Shown here: positions 36,274 to 46,581 of the stretch, piece after piece | Layout of the letters: each line of letters opens with the position of its first letter | Position numbering within the stretch: position 1 is the stretch's first letter | From: Candidatus Lindowbacteria bacterium RIFCSPLOWO2_12_FULL_62_27 | Lineage (GTDB): Bacteria > Lindowbacteria > 2-12-FULL-62-27 | DNA: 64,000 nt | Reading direction: 5' to 3' | NCBI GenBank assembly: GCA_001784175.1 | Contig: MFPR01000012.1 | Span: 1-64,000 of the forward strand | Position numbers and translations under genes: made by a program | Notes under the pieces: generated by a model | The model's database searches: none | Told to the model about the DNA's origin: nothing | What the model saw: only the letters and a program-made list of their open reading frames with translations

Positions 36274-37727
36274 TTTTGATTCGCCGTGACCGGCTCTTCG
36301 GACACGATGACGTCGTGGGTTTTGCTTTCCTGCAAGCCGCCCGGCGTGATGCGGACGAACTGCGCCTTCGCGCGAAGCTCCTCGAGATTTTGCGCCCCGA
36401 TGTATCCCATACCGGAGCGGACGCCGCCGACAAGTTGAAAGACCGTCATGTCGAGGCCGCCGCGATACGGGACGCGCGCCTCCACTCCCTCGGGCACCAG
36501 TTTCCCGGACCCGTTCTGGCCGTAGCGGTCGCTCGATCCTTTTCTCATCGCCTTGATCGATCCCATCCCCCAGTATTCCTTGAACGTTTTTCCCTGCCAG
36601 ATCACCGTCTGGCCGGGGCTTTCCTCGGTGCCCGCAAACAGGGATCCGATCATGACCGATGACGCGCCGGCCGCGAGCGCCTTGAGGATGTCGCCCGCAA
36701 ATCGGATGCCGCCATCGGCGATGACCGGGATTTTCTTTTTCCGGCAAACGCGGACAACGTTCAGAATGGCGGTAAACTGCGGAACGCCGACACCCGAAAT
36801 CATGCGCGTCGTGCAGATCGATCCGGGCCCGAGCCCCACCTTGACCGCCGACGCTCCCGCCCGAACCAGCGCTTCGGCGCCTTCCTCCGTGACGACGTTG
36901 CCGGCCACGACGGGGAAACCCTTCAGCTTTTTTCGAAGCTCGCGCAGAAGGCCGATCACACGCGTCGTATGGCCGGTGGCCGTGTCGATGAACAGGCAAT
37001 CGCAGCCGGCCTTCGCCAGCCGCGCAGCGCGTTCCACCGGATCGCCGCTCACGCCGATCGCGGCGCCCACGCGCAGCCGCCCGCTCGAATCCTTGCAGGC
37101 GTTCTGGTGCGTCGCGCGCTTTTCGATGTCCTTGCCGGTCATCAGCCCGCACAGCCGGCCCTGCGTGTCGACAAGGGGCAATTTTTCGATCCGATGTTTG
37201 TAAATGATCGATTTGGCCGCGGCGAGGCTTGTGTTCGGAGCCGCGGTCACCAGTTTCTCCCGCGGCGTCATCACCGTTCGGACCTGCGCGTTTTCGTTTT
37301 CGAGAAACCGGATGTCCCGCCGCGTGACCATCCCCTTCAATACGCCCGCCGCGTCGATCACGGGAAACCCGGATAGATGTTTTTCCTCCATGAGATGCAT
37401 GAGTTCCGCGACGGTCGCGTCCGGCCGCACGGTGAAGGGCCGGTCGACGACGATATGTTCGGACCGTTTTACTTTTTCCACGAGTTCACACTGTTTTTCG
37501 ACCGTGCAATTCCGGTGGATGACGCCCATGCCGCCTTCGCGGGCCAGCGCGATCGCAAGCTTGTCTTCGGTGACGGTGTCCATGGCCGCGGAGAGGAGGG
37601 GAATATTCAGCGTGATGCCGTCGGCGAGGACCGTTTTCACGTCAATCTCGCCGGGAAGGACGTCGCTCAGGCGCGGGACCAGAAGGACGTCGTCGAAGGT
37701 CAGACCGAACGGCAGTTGACCGTTCAT
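36270..37727 (-). CDS. guaB: IMP dehydrogenase (with CBS pair)
   Basis: [42 protein letters not shown]. Confidence 0.97.
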   Translation of the reverse strand: MNGQLPFGLTFDDVLLVPRLSDVLPGEIDVKTVLADGITLNIPLLSAAMDTVTEDKLAIALAREGGMGVIHRNCTVEKQCELVEKVKRSEHIVVDRPFTVRPDATVAELMHLMEEKHLSGFPVIDAAGVLKGMVTRRDIRFLENENAQVRTVMTPREKLVTAAPNTSLAAAKSIIYKHRIEKLPLVDTQGRLCGLMTGKDIEKRATHQNACKDSSGRLRVGAAIGVSGDPVERAARLAKAGCDCLFIDTATGHTTRVIGLLRELRKKLKGFPVVAGNVVTEEGAEALVRAGASAVKVGLGPGSICTTRMISGVGVPQFTAILNVVRVCRKKKIPVIADGGIRFAGDILKALAAGASSVMIGSLFAGTEESPGQTVIWQGKTFKEYWGMGSIKAMRKGSSDRYGQNGSGKLVPEGVEARVPYRGGLDMTVFQLVGGVRSGMGYIGAQNLEELRAKAQFVRITPGGLQESKTHDVIVSEEPVTANQK

Positions 37728-38311
37728 GCCGCCACCTTCTTCGTGCCCGGCCGGACGGGGAAACCGCCGGTGCGGCACATCGGGCACTCCGACTCGTCAT
37801 ACACGGGAAGCTTCATGGAAAGGATCGCCTCGATGGGACGGCCGTTCCAGTCCGCGCGGCCGGACCGGTTGACGACCGCGAACACACCCGCGATGGCCGC
37901 GCCCGCGTCCTCCACCAGCCGGTTCAATTCGTCGAGCGTGCCGCCTGTGGTGATGACGTCCTCCACCAGCAGAATTCTTTCCGCGGGCCGGATGGAGAAA
38001 CTGCGCCGGAGGACAAGGCGATCGTCCGGATGGCGTTCCGCGAAGATGGCGCGGCATCCGAGCGCAAGCGCCACCTGCTGGCCCACCGGCACGCCGCCGA
38101 TCGCGGCCGACAACACCGTATCGACCCCGGGGCTTGTTCGAAACGGATGCACGGCGCTTTCGATAAGCCGTGAAAGCAGTCGGGGATGCTGAGTGAGCAT
38201 CGCGACCTGAAAGTAGTGCCCGCTATGTTTCCCGCTGGCCAGCGCGAAATGCCCGACTTTGAGCGCCTGGCAGGTCTTGAAGACATCCAGAATTTCATCC
38301 GTGGATTGCAT
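37724..38311 (-). CDS. pyrE: Orotate phosphoribosyltransferase
   Basis: GHFALASGKHS, LLVEDVITTGGT. Confidence 0.93.
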   Translation of the reverse strand: MQSTDEILDVFKTCQALKVGHFALASGKHSGHYFQVAMLTQHPRLLSRLIESAVHPFRTSPGVDTVLSAAIGGVPVGQQVALALGCRAIFAERHPDDRLVLRRSFSIRPAERILLVEDVITTGGTLDELNRLVEDAGAAIAGVFAVVNRSGRADWNGRPIEAILSMKLPVYDESECPMCRTGGFPVRPGTKKVAA

Positions 38312-39062
38312 GGTTGATTTTGTCCCTCCAATCGATCGCCCGGCCGTGAAACCCGTTGTGGCCGGAGTCATAGAGCACGCCTCTCGAAACATTGACCACC
38401 ACCGACTCCGGCCGGCGGAGCGCCGAGAGGCGCCGCGCGTCCCCGTTTTGAGCGCCGAGTCCCGGAATCAAGAGCGGCGCGTCAGGGATGCGCGCCATCC
38501 GCTCGTCCGTCAGTTGCGTCAGGCCCAGCACGAACCCCAGCGTGGCTGGATAGGATTTGGACTGCTCGGCCATCCGAAGCACATGGTCGAAGACGAATCC
38601 GTCTTCTGTCTTTTTCAACTGCAACTCCTCCGCGCCCGCATTGGACGTGATCGCCAGGACATAGACGCCCTTGTCGCCGTAACTCAAAAACGGCTCGCAG
38701 GCATCGAACCCCAGATACGGGTTCACCGTCACGGCCGCGACGTTCCAGTGCTCGAAGTATGCCTTGGCATAATAGGCCTGTGTTTCCGGTATATCGCCGC
38801 GCTTGGCATCCAGAATGACCGGAACCGCCTCCGGGATGTAATGCAAAAGATCGTTGAGCATCTTGTATCCGTAGACGCCCATGGCCTCGAAGTACGCGAT
38901 GTTCGGCTTGAAGGCCGCAGCCGCATCCGACACGGCGTCGACGACCCGCCGCAGGAAATCGTATACATCACCCTGAATCAGATGCGGCCGGGGGTCGAGA
39001 CCAACGCAGAGATGCGACCCCGTTTTTTCGATCCGGGCGCGCAACCGCTCCGTATAAGTCAT
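38295..39062 (-). CDS. pyrF: Orotidine-5'-phosphate decarboxylase (LCVGLDP type)
   Basis: LCVGLDP, FKPNIAYFE, ILDAKRGDI, LIPGLGAQ, NVSRG. Confidence 0.95.
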   Translation of the reverse strand: MTYTERLRARIEKTGSHLCVGLDPRPHLIQGDVYDFLRRVVDAVSDAAAAFKPNIAYFEAMGVYGYKMLNDLLHYIPEAVPVILDAKRGDIPETQAYYAKAYFEHWNVAAVTVNPYLGFDACEPFLSYGDKGVYVLAITSNAGAEELQLKKTEDGFVFDHVLRMAEQSKSYPATLGFVLGLTQLTDERMARIPDAPLLIPGLGAQNGDARRLSALRRPESVVVNVSRGVLYDSGHNGFHGRAIDWRDKINHAIHG

Positions 39063-39892
39063 TTTTCTAAACTCCGCCATTCATGCAGGATCCGCCGGAT
39101 GGCGTCCGGATAGACGTACTGGATACTGCCGACTTGGACGGCCTTTGCGCCCACGCTCAGAAATTCCTGCACGTCGCGGCCCGACCGCACGCCGCCCGAG
39201 GCGATCACCGGAATGCGGACACGATCGGATGTATAAAACACATTGTAGAGCGACATCGGTTTGACCGCTGGGCCTGCCAGTCCCCCCTGGAGTCTCCGGC
39301 CGCCGGGCGTGAAGGCGATGGCCGGATAGGTGTTGCAGACCGTGACCGCGTCGGCGCCGTGTTCCTCGCACACCACCGCCGCCTCGACGCAGGAATACGG
39401 CGGGAGTTTCGCGCACATCCATTTCCGGCTCGACCGACGCGCGGCCCGGACCATGTCCCGCACGAACCGGAGGTCGACCGACGGCATCACCCGGCGCTGC
39501 CGGACGTTGGGGCAGGACAGGTTGAGTTCGTATCCAGAAATTTTCCGGCTCGATTCCATTTTCTCCAGCAGCGCCGTCATCTCCGCCGGCCGCTCGGCGT
39601 AAACGCTGGCGATGAACGCCGTCGGAAACCGGACGCCCCGCACCGATTCCAGAAACCGGTCGACGCCGGGGTTTTCGAGGCCGACAAAGTTGACCGTGCC
39701 GGACGGCGTTTCGACGAGGCGCGGCGGCGGATGGCCGGGCCGCGGCCTGGCCGTGATGGTCTTGCAAATGAACGCGCCCGCGTGACGATATAAAGATTGA
39801 TGCTTGTCTCCGAGCCCGAACGTCCCGCTGGCGGAGATCAGCGGATTTTTGAGAACGAGCTTACCGAGTCTGACGGCCATTGGAGTCTCCAA
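39059..39892 (-). CDS. pyrD: Dihydroorotate dehydrogenase class 1B catalytic subunit
   Basis: LKNPLISASGTFG, PRLVET, GLENPG, ELNLSCPN, GGLAGPAVKP; start 39892 (TTG) or 39880. Confidence 0.93.
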   Translation of the reverse strand: METPMAVRLGKLVLKNPLISASGTFGLGDKHQSLYRHAGAFICKTITARPRPGHPPPRLVETPSGTVNFVGLENPGVDRFLESVRGVRFPTAFIASVYAERPAEMTALLEKMESSRKISGYELNLSCPNVRQRRVMPSVDLRFVRDMVRAARRSSRKWMCAKLPPYSCVEAAVVCEEHGADAVTVCNTYPAIAFTPGGRRLQGGLAGPAVKPMSLYNVFYTSDRVRIPVIASGGVRSGRDVQEFLSVGAKAVQVGSIQYVYPDAIRRILHEWRSLEK

Positions 39893-40646
39893 GAGAAATC
39901 AGTTCTTCGCGAAACACAGGGCCTTCGTCGCACGCGCGGAAATATCCGTCGCCATGCCGTTTTTTGACGGGGCACGTGTAACAGATCCCGAATCCGCACC
40001 CCATCATCTCCTCCAGGGACACTTCGATCTCCGGAATCCGGCCCCGCGCCAGCTCCGCCACCGCCCGGATCATTCCGGTCGGGCCGCACACGAAGCACCG
40101 GCGGTAACGTTGCAGCGGAAGATTGGCAACGCGTTCCGTCACGAGGCCGTCGGTTTCTTCGACGACAATCTGCGCGCCCACGCGGAGATTCCGGAGGAGA
40201 CCGCCGGCCACATCCCTCGCGGACCGAACGCCGTACAAAACCGTCTGCCGGACATTCATTTCCTTCAGGCGGCGAATCAAATAATAGACGCCGCCCAATC
40301 CCGTGCCGCCCGCAACCACCAGCACGGAGTCCGCCGCATCCACATCGAGCGAGAATGTGTTTCCGCACGGGCCGAGGATCGATATCCGTTCGCCGGGACG
40401 AAACTGCGCCATCCGCACGGTTCCCGGGCCGATGACTTTGTAGAGAATGTCGATCCGGCGCCCGCGGACGTCCATGACGCTGAAGGGCCGGCGAAGAAAC
40501 GGTTCCGTGTCGTGGCCGTTGTGGCAGAGGACCTGCAAAAACTGACCGGGCCTGATTTCCGGGAAAACGCCCGCGTCCAGCGTCAGTACGTGATAGGCGC
40601 CGGAAACCTTTTTATTCCGAATAACACGGGACAGGACGTCTTTCAT
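39861..40646 (-). CDS. pyrK: Dihydroorotate dehydrogenase electron transfer subunit
   Basis: PGQF, LRRPFS, GGTG, CGP..M, SLEE.MGCGFGICYTC...C.EGPVF. Confidence 0.92.
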   Translation of the reverse strand: MKDVLSRVIRNKKVSGAYHVLTLDAGVFPEIRPGQFLQVLCHNGHDTEPFLRRPFSVMDVRGRRIDILYKVIGPGTVRMAQFRPGERISILGPCGNTFSLDVDAADSVLVVAGGTGLGGVYYLIRRLKEMNVRQTVLYGVRSARDVAGGLLRNLRVGAQIVVEETDGLVTERVANLPLQRYRRCFVCGPTGMIRAVAELARGRIPEIEVSLEEMMGCGFGICYTCPVKKRHGDGYFRACDEGPVFREELISLGDSNGRQTR

Positions 40647-41931
40647 CTGTCCTCCGATCCAGCGCCAGATCGCCGCCCACGACGACCTTCTCGACCGACC
40701 CCCAAAGCTCCCGGCCCAGAAAAGGCGTGTTGCAGCTTTTGGACTTGATGAAGTTCCGGTCCACGCGGGTCCGGGCCTCCGGATCAAAAACGACGAAGTC
40801 GGCCCGGTTGTTCCGGCGGATCGCTGCGTCCTCCAGCCCCAGAAGCTTTCTGGGCGCGGTCGAGAAGCACCGCGCGATCACATCCCACGTGAGCTTTTCG
40901 CTGCGAATGAAATGCGTATGGATCGAGATCAGGGCCGTATCGAGGCCGATGACGCCGAAGGGCGCGCCGCAGAAGTCCTGGTTTTTCTCAAAACTGTTGT
41001 GCGGCGCGTGGTCAGTCGCGAGACAATCGATCGTCCCGTCTTTGAGGCCCTCGAGGAGGCGCGAGCGGTCTTCGGCCCTGCGCAGCGGCGGATTCATTTT
41101 GAAATTGGTGTCGTACTCGGCGATGTCGGATTCGGAAAAGATCAGGTGCTGCGGCGTGACCTCGCAACTGGCCTGCACCCCGGCCTCCTTGAACCGCCGG
41201 ACGATTTCAAGTCCGCCGGCGGTCGAGAGATGCTGGATGTGAATCCGGGCCCGCGTCCACTGGGCGATCCGCAGGTCCCGCTCGATGCAGATTTCCTCGC
41301 TGACCGCCGGAATGCCCGGCAGGCCCAGCCGGTAGGAGATCGCGCCTTCGTTCACGGCGCCGGACTCCGAAAGTTCCCGGACCTCGCAGTGGCTGCCGAC
41401 GAGCAGGCGGAAATTCCGGGCGTATTCCATCGCGCGCCGGAGGAGCCGCGGGTCCGACACGGGATCGCCGTCGTCCGTGATCATGACGGCGCCTTTTTCG
41501 AACATGTCCCCGATCTCCGCCAGCTCCTTCCCCGCGCGGCCGCGCGAGATGCAGCCGGCTGTGTAGACCGCCACGCGCGATTTTTCGCGCGCAAGGTTGT
41601 ACACGAACCGCACCATGCCGCCGCTGTCGATCGCGGGGTCGGTGTTGGGCATGGCCAAAAGCCCGGTGACGCCGCCGTTCAGGGCCGCGTCGCTGCCGGT
41701 CTCGATCGTCTCCTTGTCCTCGCGGCCCGGTTCGCGCAAATGCACATGCATGTCGAACAGACCCGGCAAAAGCAGCCTGCCCCCGCAGTCGATCACCTGC
41801 ATCGAATGGTACGGCTCGAGGCGCGGCTCCACCGCGGCGATCCGGCCGTCCTCCACCAGCACGTCCGCCGGCTGCGGCGTTCGGTCCGAATCGGAAACGA
41901 CCCGGCCGCCCTGAAAGAGAATTTTTTTCAT
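40612..41931 (-). CDS. pyrC: Dihydroorotase
   Basis: PGLFDMHVHLREPG, MPNTDP, KMNPPLR, ATDHAPH. Confidence 0.96.
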   Translation of the reverse strand: MKKILFQGGRVVSDSDRTPQPADVLVEDGRIAAVEPRLEPYHSMQVIDCGGRLLLPGLFDMHVHLREPGREDKETIETGSDAALNGGVTGLLAMPNTDPAIDSGGMVRFVYNLAREKSRVAVYTAGCISRGRAGKELAEIGDMFEKGAVMITDDGDPVSDPRLLRRAMEYARNFRLLVGSHCEVRELSESGAVNEGAISYRLGLPGIPAVSEEICIERDLRIAQWTRARIHIQHLSTAGGLEIVRRFKEAGVQASCEVTPQHLIFSESDIAEYDTNFKMNPPLRRAEDRSRLLEGLKDGTIDCLATDHAPHNSFEKNQDFCGAPFGVIGLDTALISIHTHFIRSEKLTWDVIARCFSTAPRKLLGLEDAAIRRNNRADFVVFDPEARTRVDRNFIKSKSCNTPFLGRELWGSVEKVVVGGDLALDRRTDERRPVPCYSE

Positions 41932-42905
41932 ACGAGGGCCGGCGCCAGGTCCGGCGCCTTCTCCTGAACCGAAAGATTCAGCAGGTACAGGACCGCCATC
42001 CGGACGGCGATTCCGTTTTCGACCTGCTGATTGATCAGGCACCGCTCGTAGTCCATGACCTCGTCGATGAGTTCAACGCCGCGGTTGACGGGTCCCGGAT
42101 GCATGACATAGATGCCGCGGCTCACGATGTCCCGGTACCGTTCCCGCGTGACGCCGAAGGAGTGATGATACTCCCGCATGCTCGGAAAGAAATTGGCCTT
42201 CTGCCGTTCGAGTTGCAGCCGCAGCAGATACACGACGTCGGGCTCCCAGCGAAGCGCCTCCTCGAAGCAGGAGAACACCGACAGGTGCGGCGGCAGGGTC
42301 GATGGAATGAGGGTGCCGGCGCCGAAGACCGCGACGTTCATGCCCAGCCGGTGGAGGCACCGGCTGGTCGACCGGGCGACGCGGGAATGAAGGATGTCGC
42401 CGACGATCAGGACCTTTTTCCCGGCGAGGTCCGGGAAAATTTCCCTCAGCGTGTACGCGTCGAGGAGCGCCTGCGTCGGATGCGCGTGGAATCCGTCCCC
42501 GGCGTTGATCACGGAGGCCGTGGTGTTGCGCGCGATCAGTTCGGGCACGCCGGCCACCGAATGGCGGATCACGATGAAATCGGATTTCATCGACTGAAGC
42601 GTCGCCACCGTGTCCAGGATCGATTCGCCCTTGACCACGCTCGACTGCGCCACCGCGAAATTGGCGACGTCGGCCGACAGCCGTTTAGCCGCGATCTCAA
42701 AGGACGTCCGGGTGCGCGTGGACGGCTCGTAAAACAACTGCAGGACGGTTTTGCCCTTGAGCGGCGGCACCTTTTTGACGGAACGGGTGAAAAGCTCCTT
42801 GAAGGGCTTCGCCGTTTCCAGGATCAGATGAATTTCATCGAGCGAGAGCGTCTCGATGTCGAGGAGATCCTTTCGGGTCATCCTCGTCTTCCGGGGTTTT
42901 CTCAT
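41928..42905 (-). CDS. pyrB: Aspartate carbamoyltransferase catalytic subunit
   Basis: FYEPSTRTRTSFE, INAGDG.HAHPTQALLD, HPGPVNRG. Confidence 0.97.
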   Translation of the reverse strand: MRKPRKTRMTRKDLLDIETLSLDEIHLILETAKPFKELFTRSVKKVPPLKGKTVLQLFYEPSTRTRTSFEIAAKRLSADVANFAVAQSSVVKGESILDTVATLQSMKSDFIVIRHSVAGVPELIARNTTASVINAGDGFHAHPTQALLDAYTLREIFPDLAGKKVLIVGDILHSRVARSTSRCLHRLGMNVAVFGAGTLIPSTLPPHLSVFSCFEEALRWEPDVVYLLRLQLERQKANFFPSMREYHHSFGVTRERYRDIVSRGIYVMHPGPVNRGVELIDEVMDYERCLINQQVENGIAVRMAVLYLLNLSVQEKAPDLAPALV

Positions 42906-43459
42906 TCCTCCGCCCCCTCTCTCAGAAGATACACGGCGTCTTCCGAGTCGGTCTCACGGAACCGGACACGGACGCGCTCCCGCGCCTCGGTCCGGACATA
43001 ACGGCCCGTGTAGTTCGGACAGATCGGCAGCTCGCGGTTGCCGCGGTCGATCAGGACCGCAAGCTCGATTCGCGCCGGCCGGCCGTAATCGATCAGCTCG
43101 TCGATCGCCGCGCGGACGGTGCGGCCGGTATAGAGAACGTCGTCGAACAGGATGATGAAGGACCCCTGCACGTCAAACGGGATTGCGGAGCTTTTCACAG
43201 CCGCCGCCGCGCCCAGGTTGTCCTGGTCGTCGCGGTAGAGCGTAATGTCGAGCGTGCCTTTGGACAGGCATGAATTTTTTTCGGAGACAACCTGGTAGAC
43301 ACGGTCTGCGAAGACGACGCCGCGGGTATGAATGCCGACAAAGGCCATCGACCGGTCGCCGTATTTGTCCAGGATCTCGTACGCGATCCGCCGGACCGTG
43401 TGTTCCATCTCCTCCGAGTTCAAAACCCGGACCCGGTCGAGCGACTCGGCTGCACGCAC
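42902..43459 (-). CDS. pyrR: Bifunctional pyr regulator / uracil phosphoribosyltransferase
   Basis: GIHTRG, LDITLYRDD, DDVLYTGRTVRAA, DRGNRELPI. Confidence 0.93.
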   Translation of the reverse strand: MRAAESLDRVRVLNSEEMEHTVRRIAYEILDKYGDRSMAFVGIHTRGVVFADRVYQVVSEKNSCLSKGTLDITLYRDDQDNLGAAAAVKSSAIPFDVQGSFIILFDDVLYTGRTVRAAIDELIDYGRPARIELAVLIDRGNRELPICPNYTGRYVRTEARERVRVRFRETDSEDAVYLLREGAEE

Positions 43460-43461
43460 GG

Positions 43462-43875
43462 TCAGTCCCTCCCCTTCAGCTTCAAAATCCGGTGCGCCAG
43501 GATACAGGCGTTGAGCGGCGCCTTCGGATGCAAGCCCACGCTCGCCACCGGCACGTCGCCCGGCGACTGGACGATCGACAACAGCGCGTCCATCCCGCCG
43601 AGCGGGCCGGAAGGAACCGGCACGCCGATGACCGGAACGTCCAGCCGGACCGCCACGATGCCCGGCAGGGCCGCCGACAGGCCCGCCACGGCGAGAACGA
43701 CGCCGACCGCAGGATCGGATTTCAGCGAATCGAGATACGCGGTCAGTTCGTCGAAGTTCCGGTGCACCGAGAGCACGCGCTCCTCGTAGGCGACGCCGTT
43801 TTTGGCCAGATACGCCCGGCCCGGCTCAAGATACGCCTTGTCGTTTTCGCTGCCATACAGAATGACGATCTTCAT
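43462..43875 (-). CDS. purE: AIR carboxylase / N5-CAIR mutase (short form)
   Basis: GSEND, SVHR, AGLSAALPG, PVIGVP, GMDALLSIVQ.P. Confidence 0.92.
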   Translation of the reverse strand: MKIVILYGSENDKAYLEPGRAYLAKNGVAYEERVLSVHRNFDELTAYLDSLKSDPAVGVVLAVAGLSAALPGIVAVRLDVPVIGVPVPSGPLGGMDALLSIVQSPGDVPVASVGLHPKAPLNACILAHRILKLKGRD

Positions 43876-43892
43876 TTGAACTCCTTCCCGCC

Positions 43893-45188
43893 TCAGGCCG
43901 CGAACGCGCCGGCCACCGTCGCCTCTTCAAAATGAAGCCGGCCGATGTCCGAGCGGTAACACATGCCGTCAAACCGGATGCGCCGGACCGCCCGATAGGC
44001 CCGCCGAACGGCGCTGTCCCTGTCCCGGCCCGTCGCGGTCACGGCGATGACCCGGCCGCCGTCCACCGCAAATCCTCCGTCCGGCCGGCGCCGCGTCCCG
44101 GAATGATAAACGTTCGCGTTCTTCACTTCCGCCAATCCTTCGATCGGTTCGCCTGCACTCGGCCGGTACGGATAAAATCTTGATGCAAGAACAACGCATA
44201 CGCTGCACAGCGTGTTGAACCCGATCAAATTTTTGTCAAGCGGTCCGCGCGCCGCGCGGTCCAGATAGGTCGCGATGTCTCCGTACATCAAGGGGAGAAT
44301 CGCTTCGGCCTCCGGGTCTCCAAACCGGCAGTTGTACTCGAGGACCTTCGGGCCATCCGCTGTGAGCATGAGCCCGAAATAGAGAAACCCTCGATAGGAC
44401 ATATCCTCTGTCTGGATCCCGCGCAGGGTCGGCCGGATGACCGATTGTTCGATCTCGGCCATCGTGTCCTCCGGCACAAGATAGAGGGACGCGATCGCGC
44501 CCATCCCGCCGGTGTTGGGTCCCCGATCCTCGTCCATGAGCGGCTTGTAGTCCCGGGCCGGAACGAACACCTGATACGCGGCGCCGGACACGGCGCAGAT
44601 GACCGAGACTTCCTTTCCTTCCAAGCGCTCCTCGACCACGATACCCGTGGGCTGCCCATACTGCTTCTGCTGAAACACGCGATCTATAAACTCCTCGACA
44701 TCGGCTTCCGTTCGGCAGACCGATACGCCCTTTCCGGCCGCCAAGCCGTCAAATTTCAAAACGACCGGATGGGACCGAACCAGCGCCCGGACCTCCTGGG
44801 GCGATCGCGCGAACGAAAACGGCGCCGTGGGAATGTTGTTCCGCCGCATGAATTCCTTGGCAAACATTTTGCTTGTCTCAAGTCTGGCCGCGTTTCGCGT
44901 CGGTCCCCACACTGCGATCCCGACGTCCTTGCAGCGGTCGGCCAGGCCATCGGCCAGCCAGGATTCGTCACCGATGATGCACAAGTCGATCCCGAGGCGC
45001 GTCATCCCGGCCACAAGGTCCGCCGAAGCCCACACCGGAAGCGGCGCCGCGATGTCCCGCAGGGCGTCGCTGCCCGGGTAAACGAACAGGTCGGGGCGCG
45101 ACGGCGACTCGCGCAGCGCCTGAACCAGCGCGTGCTCCCGGCCGCCTTTGCCCACCACCAGGACTTTTTTTCTTTCAGATCCGGACAT
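43893..45188 (-). CDS. purD: Phosphoribosylamine-glycine ligase
   Basis: GGREHAL, DGLAAGKGV, GPNTGGMG, EYNCRFGDPE, GGRV. Confidence 0.96.
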   Translation of the reverse strand: MSGSERKKVLVVGKGGREHALVQALRESPSRPDLFVYPGSDALRDIAAPLPVWASADLVAGMTRLGIDLCIIGDESWLADGLADRCKDVGIAVWGPTRNAARLETSKMFAKEFMRRNNIPTAPFSFARSPQEVRALVRSHPVVLKFDGLAAGKGVSVCRTEADVEEFIDRVFQQKQYGQPTGIVVEERLEGKEVSVICAVSGAAYQVFVPARDYKPLMDEDRGPNTGGMGAIASLYLVPEDTMAEIEQSVIRPTLRGIQTEDMSYRGFLYFGLMLTADGPKVLEYNCRFGDPEAEAILPLMYGDIATYLDRAARGPLDKNLIGFNTLCSVCVVLASRFYPYRPSAGEPIEGLAEVKNANVYHSGTRRRPDGGFAVDGGRVIAVTATGRDRDSAVRRAYRAVRRIRFDGMCYRSDIGRLHFEEATVAGAFAA

Positions 45189-46581
45189 AGAGATGTTCCT
45201 CCCTCGATTTTGTGATGCAATTGAGATCGTTTGTCACGTCCACCGGATAATTTCCGGTAAAACAGGCCCGACAGGTTCTCTCTCCCACCACTTCACGGAG
45301 GGATTCAGGTGAAAGGAATTTGATCGAGTCGACGCCCAGATGCCGGGCCAGTTGGTCCGCCGGAAATTTATTCGCCAGAAAGTCGTTCCGGTCCGGCATG
45401 TCGATCCCGAAATAGCAGGGAAAGCGGACCATCGGAGACGCGATCCGCAGATGAATTTCCGACGCGCCGCGCTCGCGCAGGAGATGCACTATTTTTTTCG
45501 ACGTCGTGCCGCGAACCACCGAATCGTCCACCACGACAACGCGTTTACCCCGGACCGTGTCCGGAATCGTGTTGAACTTTTTCCTGACCGAGAGGTCGCG
45601 GTCGGCCTGGTAGGGCGCGATGAAACTTCGGCCGGTATAATGGCTTCGAATGAGGACGATGTCGTACGGGATGCCGGAAGCCATCGCGTATCCGAGCGCG
45701 GCCGAATTCGAGGAATCGGGGATGCCGGTGACGATGTCGGCGTCGACGGGATGCTCTTCATGAAGCCGCCGGCCCAGTTGAATGCGGTATGAATGAATCG
45801 ACCTGCCCTTGAAGAGGCTGTCCGGCCGCGAAAAGTAGATCATTTCGAACGAACAGATTTTTTCGTCCGGGGGCATCAGGAGCCGGAACGGCTCGACGCC
45901 TTTTTCGGAAACGTAAAAGCCGTCCCCCGGCGCGATCTCCGACACGTGGTCGGCGCCGAGGATGTCGAAGGCGCAGGTTTCCGACGCAAAATAGATCGCG
46001 GCGCCTTTCTTGCCGAGATACAGCGGCCGAAATCCCATCGGGTCCCGGACGGCGGCGATGCCGTCATTGAAGAGAAAGACGAGCGAATAGGCGCCTTCGA
46101 CGCCGAGAAGTCCCTTTTGAATTTTTTTGACCGGGGCCACATCGCCGGCGCGGACGATCCGATGAAGGATGACCTCGGTGTCGCTCGTGGTCCGGAACAC
46201 GGATCCTTTGAGTTCAAGATCCTCCTTGAGTCTCCGCGCATTGATGATGTTGCCGTTGTGCGCCACGGCGATGATCCGGTCCCGATGCACGACTTCGAGC
46301 GGCTGGATGTCCTTCTCCGCCTCGCTGCCCGCCGTCGAGTACCGCACGTGCCCGATGCCGAACGCGCCGGGGAGCCGGTTCAGAGTGTCCTCGGAAAACG
46401 CCTGCGTCACCAGGCCCAGGCTCCGGTGCAAACCATACCGGCCGCCGCCCGAACTCACCACCATACCCGCGCTTTCCTGTCCCCGGTGCTGCTGGGCATA
46501 GAGACCCAAGTACAGATCACGGGCCGCCGTCGGACTGCCGAACACGCCGAATACGCCACACTTCTCACGAAGGCCCATCAT
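45175..46581 (-). CDS. purF: Amidophosphoribosyltransferase
   Basis: EKCGVFG, QHRGQESAG, GHVRYST, HNGN, VVVDDSVVRGTT. Confidence 0.96.
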   Translation of the reverse strand: MMGLREKCGVFGVFGSPTAARDLYLGLYAQQHRGQESAGMVVSSGGGRYGLHRSLGLVTQAFSEDTLNRLPGAFGIGHVRYSTAGSEAEKDIQPLEVVHRDRIIAVAHNGNIINARRLKEDLELKGSVFRTTSDTEVILHRIVRAGDVAPVKKIQKGLLGVEGAYSLVFLFNDGIAAVRDPMGFRPLYLGKKGAAIYFASETCAFDILGADHVSEIAPGDGFYVSEKGVEPFRLLMPPDEKICSFEMIYFSRPDSLFKGRSIHSYRIQLGRRLHEEHPVDADIVTGIPDSSNSAALGYAMASGIPYDIVLIRSHYTGRSFIAPYQADRDLSVRKKFNTIPDTVRGKRVVVVDDSVVRGTTSKKIVHLLRERGASEIHLRIASPMVRFPCYFGIDMPDRNDFLANKFPADQLARHLGVDSIKFLSPESLREVVGERTCRACFTGNYPVDVTNDLNCITKSREEHLYVRI